Shown piece after piece: positions 1 to 6,680 of a stretch of DNA of 64,000 bases. Made by a program: the position numbers and the translations under genes. The DNA is taken from IMG/VR virus record IMGVR_UViG_3300012953_000001, positions 64,001-128,000 of that record; one strand, given 5' to 3'. Source of the DNA: a virus. The notes beneath the pieces are model-generated. The model was not told the DNA's origin and did no database searches. It saw only the letters and a list, made by a program, of their open reading frames with translations. Position 1 is the stretch's first letter. Every line of letters starts with the position of its first letter.

Positions 1-6
1 CGTAAA

Positions 7-798
7 ATGACCGATAGAGACGCTAAGCTTCCAGAGGATTACTGGGAGCCTTTGTGGCCGGGTAAGCCTATCAACAATGAGTACAAGCATGTTGATGGGA
101 ATGCTACAGCGGATACTTGGTGCAACGAAAAGTGCCAAGTTTACGTGTACGATTACCCCCCGCTAGAGGGGTGGCCACCTATTATTGAGATGTCCCTAAA
201 GTTGAATTCACGAGAGCCGTGGAGAGACTGGCGGGATTTTTACCGGATTAAATCAGAGCTATGTGGGACAAAATGCTGGGCTATAGAGGTGTACCCCGCG
301 CAGGATGCTTTAGTGGACTCCTGTAACCAGTACCACATGTTCGTTTTCCCTCCAGACGTAGCGTGGCCTATCAGGCTTCACCAAGCAAAAATCACCAGTT
401 ACGGTGAGGAATTCCAAGAGATGCACCGACTTGCAGCTAAGGAGTTTGGTGAAGAAGAGTGGCAGGCCATGTCCAGTAGGACCAAACAAAGGGATTGGCA
501 TGAGCACCATAAATGCGATGAGCTTCCTGAGATTGGCCCGGTCTGGAGAAAGCGTGGGTACTTCATTAACGATGAAGGCGAAGTTGAGAAGGGGGAGGCT
601 CCGGTAGAGGAGCCCCCTCAAGATGTTGGACAGATGCTCATGCAAGCTGTCTTGGGCACAATGACGGGCACCTCTTTTGATCCGGACTATAAAGAAGTAG
701 CGCCAAAAACGACGCAACGGAAAAAAGGGAACAAGAGCAGGAAGAAGATGAGCAAGAAAAGCCGACAACAAAACAGAAAACGACGAACCAAGAAGTAG
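7..798 (+). CDS. Conserved phage hypothetical protein (DUF7694-like domain) with a very basic C-terminal tail
   Basis: Motif RDWRDFYRIKSELCG...AIEVYP...LVDSCNQYHMF resembles a recurring phage domain; the tail RKKGNKSRKKMSKKSRQQNRKRRTKK is K/R-rich. Confidence 0.55.
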   Translation: MTDRDAKLPEDYWEPLWPGKPINNEYKHVDGNATADTWCNEKCQVYVYDYPPLEGWPPIIEMSLKLNSREPWRDWRDFYRIKSELCGTKCWAIEVYPAQDALVDSCNQYHMFVFPPDVAWPIRLHQAKITSYGEEFQEMHRLAAKEFGEEEWQAMSSRTKQRDWHEHHKCDELPEIGPVWRKRGYFINDEGEVEKGEAPVEEPPQDVGQMLMQAVLGTMTGTSFDPDYKEVAPKTTQRKKGNKSRKKMSKKSRQQNRKRRTKK

Positions 799-807
799 GA
801 GGGTAGA

Positions 808-876
808 ATGCTTGGGTTTACAATTGGTACTGTCTTTGGCGCAGCTGTAATTATTTACTTACGCGACTATCGGTAA
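808..876 (+). CDS. 22-aa hydrophobic micro-protein missed by the ORF track (MLGFTIGTVFGAAVIIYLRDYR)
   Basis: AGGAGG at 797-802, ATG at 808, TAA at 874-876. It fills the gap between two co-oriented genes and encodes one TM-like helix with a charged C-terminus. Confidence 0.6.
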   Translation: MLGFTIGTVFGAAVIIYLRDYR

Positions 877-880
877 TAAC

Positions 881-1132
881 ATGTGGTTCTTTTATGTGGT
901 TAGATGCTCTGACAACTCTCTCTACGCAGGAATAACAACCTGTGTAGAGAGACGTATAAAAGACCACAACACAACTGCCAGAGGTGCAAAGTACACAAGA
1001 AGCCGAAGACCTGTCTCCTTGGCTATGACTAAAATATTTGGTAATAAATCAGAGGCCCTTAAATATGAGATCGGCTTCAAAAGACTGTCTAAAAAAGACA
1101 AGGAAGATATATGCTCAAAGGAGGGTATGTGA
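881..1132 (+). CDS. GIY-YIG nuclease, short UPF0213/YhbQ type
   Basis: FFYVVRCSDNSLYAGITTCVERRIKDHN...GAKYTRSRRPV matches this family; 83 aa with no DNA-binding extension. Confidence 0.9.
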   Translation: MWFFYVVRCSDNSLYAGITTCVERRIKDHNTTARGAKYTRSRRPVSLAMTKIFGNKSEALKYEIGFKRLSKKDKEDICSKEGM

Positions 1133-1414
1133 ATGAAAACTAAATACGCAATACCAACAGCGTTAGTAGATGATTTAATTCTTTCGGGAATGGCTACTGA
1201 CGAAGATGAGGCTATAGAAAAAGTAGCCTCCGGTTCAGGGCTAGTAGCTCTCAGAAACCACAAACAGCGACAGCTTGAAACGCTTATGATTGAGAAGGAC
1301 CATGGTATTACTCACCGTGGAGCCTCAGAAGGAAGCAAGATCTCCGAACTAGAAAGCGAGATTGAAGAGATAAATAAGTTGATTGAGTTTCGAGACGTAT
1401 CGGTGGAGGACTAG
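1133..1414 (+). CDS. Hypothetical protein with a C-terminal coiled coil
   Basis: Starts immediately after the previous stop and ends immediately before recA; tail KISELESEIEEINKLIE is heptad-like. Confidence 0.6.
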   Translation: MKTKYAIPTALVDDLILSGMATDEDEAIEKVASGSGLVALRNHKQRQLETLMIEKDHGITHRGASEGSKISELESEIEEINKLIEFRDVSVED

Positions 1415-2470
1415 ATGGCAAAGGATGATTTATCAAAGCTAATAAAAGGCGTTCAAAAGAGCTTGGGTGGGGCGGCAAAGATCTCCCATCTAGCCGAAGT
1501 GGATGCTCCGTTTCTGACTAGGCTTCCCACAGGGATTTTAAGTCTAGATCTAGCGTTAAAGGGCGGCTTCCCCGCAGGCTCTATGCACCAATTGTTTGGT
1601 CCTGACGGCGCAGGCAAAGACTTCCTTTCAAATCTAGTTATTGCCCAGCTACAGAGAGACTATGGAGAAAAGGCAAACGTTGCCTGGATGAGCTTCGGCT
1701 ATAAGCCCGATGTCCCATTCATGGAAATGTGCGGAATTGATGTCGATCTAGGTAACCTAATGTTTATTGATATTGGGAACGAGGACGCGTTAGACCAGCC
1801 TGCTGAGTCTCTTTTGACTGCAATGCTAGATCTTATCAGGTCTAATAAATTCCAGCTTATGGTTATCAATGAGCTTGGGTCGGGAGAGACCAAAGACAAT
1901 GTTAAGAAGGGACTCCATGAAGACGCTAAGATTGCTACTTGGGCAAGCTTGATGTCTACATTCTGCCAGAAGTTCTACAGTGCTATGCGCACTCCTGGCG
2001 AAGATGGTGAGCCTAACAAGACATGTGTAATAATGATTAATCCTGTTCGCGCAAACATTGATGCACGTTCTGCGAAGTACTTCCCATACTCTCAAGGTGG
2101 GGGTTACGCGCTGAAGCATGCTAAAGCTGTAGACCTTCACCTCCGCGCTGGAAGCACTATCAAAACTGGTGGTGAGAAAGTGGGTAAGGAGATTAAGTGG
2201 AAGATCAGCAAAGGCAAGCACGGAATCTCAGAGGGTGCTGAGGGCGGCTACACATTCATGTTTAACCGAGGAGTTGACCTTATAGAGGACCTCGCGAATA
2301 CAGCTAAATCTCTTGGGGTAATCAGAAGCTCTGGCCCTGTGTACTATGTCTTGGACTACGATGACAAAGTAAAGGGCGGAATCAGCGGCGTTGTAGACAT
2401 GCTGAAGAAGTCACCAACTCTCTGCGAGGAAGTCCGACAAGCAGTCTTGGAAAGGACTGCTGATGTCTAG
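1415..2470 (+). CDS. recA: RecA/UvsX-family recombinase with non-canonical catalytic motifs
   Basis: LPTGILSLDLALKGGFPAG, P-loop LFGPDGAGKD, GGYALKH (RecA GGNALKF) and KISKGK (RecA KVVKNK); 351 aa. Confidence 0.9.
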   Translation: MAKDDLSKLIKGVQKSLGGAAKISHLAEVDAPFLTRLPTGILSLDLALKGGFPAGSMHQLFGPDGAGKDFLSNLVIAQLQRDYGEKANVAWMSFGYKPDVPFMEMCGIDVDLGNLMFIDIGNEDALDQPAESLLTAMLDLIRSNKFQLMVINELGSGETKDNVKKGLHEDAKIATWASLMSTFCQKFYSAMRTPGEDGEPNKTCVIMINPVRANIDARSAKYFPYSQGGGYALKHAKAVDLHLRAGSTIKTGGEKVGKEIKWKISKGKHGISEGAEGGYTFMFNRGVDLIEDLANTAKSLGVIRSSGPVYYVLDYDDKVKGGISGVVDMLKKSPTLCEEVRQAVLERTADV

Positions 2471-3224
2471 AATCTACGTTAAGATAGGACCCAAGTCCAT
2501 AAGGCACATAGTTGACGGTTTACCCTTCTTACCAGGGCTGTGTATGCATCGAATGCCTACATCTGGAAAGATAAGTGAACTTTACAACATTACGCATAAT
2601 AATAGTGGGCTTGCGGTCCTATCTTCCGTAGCGGAGAAAAACCTAGAACTGGCGAGAATGGTTCTGGGTCGATTGTTGTGGGACAGGTCCTCCGCCGCAA
2701 TCTTTGAAGATGAGCGGTACCACAAATTAATGGAGGAGGCTGACGCTGTGCTGACAAATCATGAGAGAAGTAAGAAACAAGAGAAACGAATCGCAGAAGA
2801 TGTTGGCGGAAAACGCCAGCCAGCGTCCGGTTCTCGCTGGGGGTGTAAGCGAGATATCGTCTCGCCACGCCTGCTGATAGAAGCAAAAACAACTAGGTCC
2901 GCTAAGCAAGCGGTATCAATAAAAGATCTACACTTCCTAACCAAGCAAGCTTACCAACAGGGCAAAATACCCGCGTACGTTATTGAGCTAGGCTCCAAGG
3001 AGGAAGTTGTCGTTATTCATTCGCAAGACATCGCTGAAGACGTTTTTTCGGAGTTCAACGAACAGAAAGAGATAAATTGTCAGACCAAGAAGTCATTCTC
3101 TATAACATCGGGACTTGTTGACTGGTTAGGGTCTGACAACTGCGCTTTGATAGTAACGTCTAGTGGGACTTACGCCCTGCTGAACTACTACTTCTTTTTG
3201 GAAGTAGCCAAGAGGGGATTATGA
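2463..3224 (+). CDS. PD-(D/E)XK nuclease (Hjc/resolvase-like) with an N-terminal extension
   Basis: EKRIAEDVGGKRQPASGSRWGCKRDI...LLIEAKTT carries the E...D...ExK motifs typical of phage Hjc-like nucleases. Confidence 0.7.
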   Translation: MSRIYVKIGPKSIRHIVDGLPFLPGLCMHRMPTSGKISELYNITHNNSGLAVLSSVAEKNLELARMVLGRLLWDRSSAAIFEDERYHKLMEEADAVLTNHERSKKQEKRIAEDVGGKRQPASGSRWGCKRDIVSPRLLIEAKTTRSAKQAVSIKDLHFLTKQAYQQGKIPAYVIELGSKEEVVVIHSQDIAEDVFSEFNEQKEINCQTKKSFSITSGLVDWLGSDNCALIVTSSGTYALLNYYFFLEVAKRGL

Positions 3225-3937
3225 CAAAAGAAAGTAAAATGCCTGTGCGATGTCTCAGAGGAGACAAGCTACGGCATCACAACAACTTCAATACGAAGAA
3301 TGAGTATGACGCCCTCCTAGAGCAAGACAACAAAAAGCCTTGGACTAGGAAGGTCGGCCATCATCACCCATCTTCAATTGGGAATGTAAACAATGCTGCT
3401 TACGGGTGTCGTAGAGCCCTGTATTATGACCGAATAGGGGTGCCGCCTAAGGCGAGAACGACTGCGGATAAGCAAGTCATTTTTGACATGGGCCACTCAC
3501 TGCATGACATGATTCAAGACCGCTTCAAGGAGATTGAGGGCTTTGAATCAGAAGTGAATTGTGAATTCCCAGACCTAAATATTTACGGTCATTGTGATGG
3601 GGTGTTTCGCGAACAAGACTGGGTTCTCGAAATCAAAACGGTAGGCGAGAGTGTTTATCGGACATTGGTTCAGCCCAAGATAGAACACATCTGGCAGGTG
3701 CACTGCTATATGTTCTGCTTGGACATACCGAGAACACAGCTTTTCTACATAAACCGAGCCAGCGGCGCTACGAGACTTTTCAGAATCGAGTTTTCAAACA
3801 AGATCTGGGAAGAGATCGCTGCTGTCATTGGTGAGATTGAAGACCACGTCGAACGGCAAGAGCCACCCCCCAAAGAAGTGAGTAAATGGAAATGTGGGGG
3901 TTGTAAATTTTATCACGAATGTAAACCAGAATTTTAA
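3221..3937 (+). CDS. Cas4/AddB-like PD-(D/E)XK exonuclease with a 4-Cys Fe-S staple
   Basis: GCRRALYY, GHSLHDMIQ, GHCDG, LEIKT, QVHCY and C-terminal CGGCKFYHEC. Confidence 0.85.
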   Translation: MTKESKMPVRCLRGDKLRHHNNFNTKNEYDALLEQDNKKPWTRKVGHHHPSSIGNVNNAAYGCRRALYYDRIGVPPKARTTADKQVIFDMGHSLHDMIQDRFKEIEGFESEVNCEFPDLNIYGHCDGVFREQDWVLEIKTVGESVYRTLVQPKIEHIWQVHCYMFCLDIPRTQLFYINRASGATRLFRIEFSNKIWEEIAAVIGEIEDHVERQEPPPKEVSKWKCGGCKFYHECKPEF

Positions 3938-3953
3938 TCGGGAGGCACCGAGT

Positions 3954-4541
3954 ATGACCCAGAAGAAGAAAGATCTTTTTCTGGAGCTACGGGGCACGCT
4001 GGAGGAGGACCTAAAAAGGACGGGCTTTGACCCAGACACAAATCCTCCAGGGAAAGAGCCTAAGATACGGGGCTCCGTAAGTGACCTAGACGCTCCAAAC
4101 TTAAAGAAGTTATATGACCAGTTCTTAGCATTCTACGACTACATAACCGACCAAATCGCTACAGATATTGGTTTCGTTATGGTCAGCAAAGCAAGACTAG
4201 AACAAGTTCATGCACAAGCACTGCTGAGGGCTCAGGGAGACTCATCCCTAAAGAATGCGGAACAGCGAAAAGCCGCAGCCACTACAGATGGAACGTATGT
4301 AGGGGCGCAAAGAGACTACACGTACTTCAAGGCTAAACTGGCGATGCAGCAAGAGCGCAGAGACAAATATAAACGCGCCATGGACAGGATCGGCAGGGAG
4401 CTTTGGTACCGAACGCAGGACGATAGTCAAGAGTTCTACACACCGGCATCAATCGCTAGACCTGTAGCGGACAACCACGCAGCGGAGGTTCAGAAGTTTA
4501 AGTCCGGTTATAAGCGGAGGGCGGTGAAGGATGGAACGTAA
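3954..4541 (+). CDS. Helical hypothetical protein, possibly a UvsY-like recombination mediator
   Basis: GGAGG at 3941-3945 favours ATG 3954 over 3894. Long helical region (LKNAEQRKAAATTD...KAKLAMQQERRDKYKR) within the recombination cluster. Confidence 0.45.
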   Translation: MTQKKKDLFLELRGTLEEDLKRTGFDPDTNPPGKEPKIRGSVSDLDAPNLKKLYDQFLAFYDYITDQIATDIGFVMVSKARLEQVHAQALLRAQGDSSLKNAEQRKAAATTDGTYVGAQRDYTYFKAKLAMQQERRDKYKRAMDRIGRELWYRTQDDSQEFYTPASIARPVADNHAAEVQKFKSGYKRRAVKDGT

Positions 4542-4950
4542 GAAAGTATTCGAGGCGGAGCTTACAATACTCCCCCCATCAGTAAATAGAATGTATGTGT
4601 ACACGACACGAGGCCCAAGACCTTCTTCGGATATGAAAAAGTTCAAGGCTAAGGCGTCTACACAGTTAGCAAAACAAATCCCCTTTGGGGCTAAGCCATT
4701 ATCCCAAAATACCCCTTATGCCCTTCGACTGGAGTTTCACCTACCGGCGTTGCTGAACAAGGGGTGGCCGAAGAAAGCTAAGACCAAATACAAACGAAAA
4801 GATGTATCAAACCTGATCAAAGTCGTTGAGGATTTACTTTCTTGGTGTTTGGGAATAGACGACTCATGCTTCTTAGAGGTATCGGTTCAAAAGATGGATG
4901 GCTTAGTTTCAGAGTTTGTTGGAGTGAAAATAGAAGTACATGAAATCTGA
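4531..4950 (+). CDS. rusA: RusA-family Holliday junction resolvase
   Basis: LPPSVNRMY, RKDVSNLIKVVEDLL and GIDDS align with RusA motifs. Confidence 0.85.
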   Translation: MERKKVFEAELTILPPSVNRMYVYTTRGPRPSSDMKKFKAKASTQLAKQIPFGAKPLSQNTPYALRLEFHLPALLNKGWPKKAKTKYKRKDVSNLIKVVEDLLSWCLGIDDSCFLEVSVQKMDGLVSEFVGVKIEVHEI

Positions 4951-5236
4951 GAACATACCGTTAAAGCCCCTGGAGCTACTTCATGTAGCGTGGGAGCAGC
5001 ATGGCCAAAGAATAGCCATGCACGAGAACCCTGGGCAAATTCAGGAGCTTTTGTCGTATAAGGATGACGAAGTCCAAAGCAGCCCATTTAACCCCATGCG
5101 TGATGAAATCATGCTATATATAAAGGATAGAAGAAATATGCTAAGTTTATCGTGTGATGGCAACTGTTATGGCCACACAGATGGCGTTGTGGCGTTTTGC
5201 CACCAACAACTTATGGAGGACCAGAATGGCCGCTAA
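4940..5236 (+). CDS. Hypothetical protein with a C-terminal Cys/His cluster
   Basis: Overlaps both neighbours; contains SCDGNCYGHTDGVVAFCH. Confidence 0.55.
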   Translation: MKSENIPLKPLELLHVAWEQHGQRIAMHENPGQIQELLSYKDDEVQSSPFNPMRDEIMLYIKDRRNMLSLSCDGNCYGHTDGVVAFCHQQLMEDQNGR

Positions 5237-6134
5237 AGCTACTAAAAAGATGTTTGATAACCTAGATCGTGCTGAAGTCAGAAAGCTGGCGATTGTGGGC
5301 ATGAAGCTGGCACCAGCAAAAGCCTACACTATGGACTTTAAGACATTAGTCTCGTGGGTCCATGCGCGAGCTACTGAAGTGCCCGCTGACGAAGTAAACG
5401 GTGATCGCGACAGGGACCCTAGGCCCTTTGTCGAGGTTGACTTGGATGCAGTTGGTAACGAAGCCTTTAGAGACGGCGTTATGAGCTACATCGCACAGCT
5501 ACAGGATTTTGTCCGAGGCAATCGCGACAGTGCGCCAGCATGGCCACCTAGTGATGCAGGTGACGCGATTAAGGCTAAAGAAGTGACTCCTGAGGAGCCT
5601 AAGGCCGAGGTTGCTCCTAAGCGAAAGCGTGGCCGTCCGCGTAAAATGGATACGGTATCCAAGGAAACGCCTATTACTAAGAAGCCTGTCCCTGAAGCGA
5701 AGGCTGCTGCTCCTAAGAAAGAAGTTGCACCAATCGCTAAGACAAAGCTCAAGAAGACAAAGCTTTCCACAAAGAAAGCGGAGCCTGCGCCAGAAGCTGT
5801 TGATACCACCGTCAAAGAAGCCACCACTACGCCAAGCGTTGATGTGGTTGGGTTGATGGCTGCTATTGAGAGCCTGTCTGCGCGTGTTGAAGAGCTTACG
5901 ACCACCGTTAATAATATTAGTGCCTACACTAATGGTTTAGCGGAAGGCGTAAAAGATGGCTTCACTACAGTTAGTGATCAAGTGGCCGCTGTTCGAACAG
6001 AGCAGACCGCTGCTAATAACCTACTTGGTAATGCTTTATTGTTCCTCATGAACTCTGTGGTTTTTGAGGAGGGCGAAGAAAAAGTAGACCTTGCAGGTGT
6101 CCCAGAGCCAAATAGCTATTTGGACCTGGATTAG
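5226..6134 (+). CDS. AT-hook / histone H1-like DNA-binding protein
   Basis: GGAGGA just upstream of ATG 5226 (in frame with the 5154 ORF); PKRKRGRPRK AT-hook, K/A/P/T-rich linker and C-terminal coiled coil. Confidence 0.65.
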   Translation: MAAKATKKMFDNLDRAEVRKLAIVGMKLAPAKAYTMDFKTLVSWVHARATEVPADEVNGDRDRDPRPFVEVDLDAVGNEAFRDGVMSYIAQLQDFVRGNRDSAPAWPPSDAGDAIKAKEVTPEEPKAEVAPKRKRGRPRKMDTVSKETPITKKPVPEAKAAAPKKEVAPIAKTKLKKTKLSTKKAEPAPEAVDTTVKEATTTPSVDVVGLMAAIESLSARVEELTTTVNNISAYTNGLAEGVKDGFTTVSDQVAAVRTEQTAANNLLGNALLFLMNSVVFEEGEEKVDLAGVPEPNSYLDLD

Positions 6135-6158
6135 TCCATACCCTCCTTTGGACTTGAT

Positions 6159-6201
6159 GAGCCCCTCGCGTATCTTCGGATATGTGGGGGGCTCTTTTTT
6201 T
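6159..6201 (+). terminator. Intrinsic terminator with a cUUCGg loop
   Basis: GAGCCCCTCGCGTATC-TTCG-GATATGTGGGGGGCTC forms a 16-bp stem with 3 G-U pairs, followed by T7. Confidence 0.9.
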
Positions 6202-6251
6202 AGCTACAAAACGTGCAAAAACGACCCCCTTTTTAGGGATAAGAATAGTGA

Positions 6252-6312
6252 AGGAAGGGATAGCTCCCTTTCGAAGTCGAATTAACAGCGGTGAAGTCGC
6301 CGCGAATTTCCT
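6252..6312 (+). promoter_or_regulatory. Structured 5' leader: three hairpins, two with identical AAGU loops, directly before the RBS
   Basis: AGGGA-TAGC-TCCCT, TTCG-AAGT-CGAA and GCGGTG-AAGT-CGCCGC, closed by AGGA/TCCT; AAGGAGG at 6313-6319. Confidence 0.5.
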
Positions 6313-6327
6313 AAGGAGGAAAGTGCT

Positions 6328-6621
6328 ATGGGTATCAAAATCAATAACCCCTTTAAGAAGGCCCAGCCTTCTCGTCGTGACCAAGTTATTGCCGTAGGCA
6401 AGAACGCTGCTACCCTTGTAGTGTTCTCTTGGCTCATTCAGAAAGGTGTCGAAGGACTCGATGCTGCTGTCAAGGGTGCCGCCCAGGGCTTCAAGTCTGC
6501 CAAGGAAAATATGGCGGCGAAGCGTGAGGCTGCGAAAACTGCTGCGGAAGCACAGGCTAACGCTGCGACCTCAGAGTCGCAGGCTACCAGTGAAGAGGCT
6601 TCTGCCTCGGCTGCTGCGTAG
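6328..6621 (+). CDS. Small protein with one hydrophobic/amphipathic helix and an Ala/Glu-rich tail
   Basis: Strong RBS AAGGAGG; VIAVGKNAATLVVFSWLIQKGV segment; terminators on both sides. Confidence 0.75.
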   Translation: MGIKINNPFKKAQPSRRDQVIAVGKNAATLVVFSWLIQKGVEGLDAAVKGAAQGFKSAKENMAAKREAAKTAAEAQANAATSESQATSEEASASAAA

Positions 6622-6628
6622 TTAGCCG

Positions 6629-6663
6629 GAAAGGTTGTGGGGGCTTATGCCCCCCAACTTTTC
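6629..6663. terminator. Bidirectional intrinsic terminator between the convergent blocks
   Basis: GAAAGGTTG(T)GGGGGC-TTAT-GCCCCCCAACTTTTC hairpin with A-rich and T-rich flanks, between the stops at 6621 (+) and 6681 (-). Confidence 0.8.
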
Positions 6664-6680
6664 TTACCTATTTTTCTTAC

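Noticed and set aside
881-1132. Homing endonuclease or mobile intron
   Set aside because: It is only 83 aa with no DNA-binding extension, the flanking genes are intact, and it is the short UPF0213 type.
3221-3937. CRISPR-Cas locus suggested by the Cas4-like gene
   Set aside because: No other cas genes and no repeat-spacer array seen anywhere in the window.
4780-4870. Inactive RusA (second Asp replaced, DVSN versus DLDN)
   Set aside because: The other catalytic residues (first Asp, Asn, Lys, DD) are kept; one change is too weak without an alignment.
6252-6312. tRNA gene
   Set aside because: It is 61 nt with 4-nt loops, no TTC T-loop, no 7-nt anticodon loop and no 7-bp acceptor stem; kept only as a structured leader.
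310-6397. Antisense and alternate-frame ORFs over the + block (e.g. 310-771, 922-1263, 1826-2221, 5486-5905, 6046-6384)
   Set aside because: They lie inside or across well-supported genes and terminators, with no convincing RBS or motifs.
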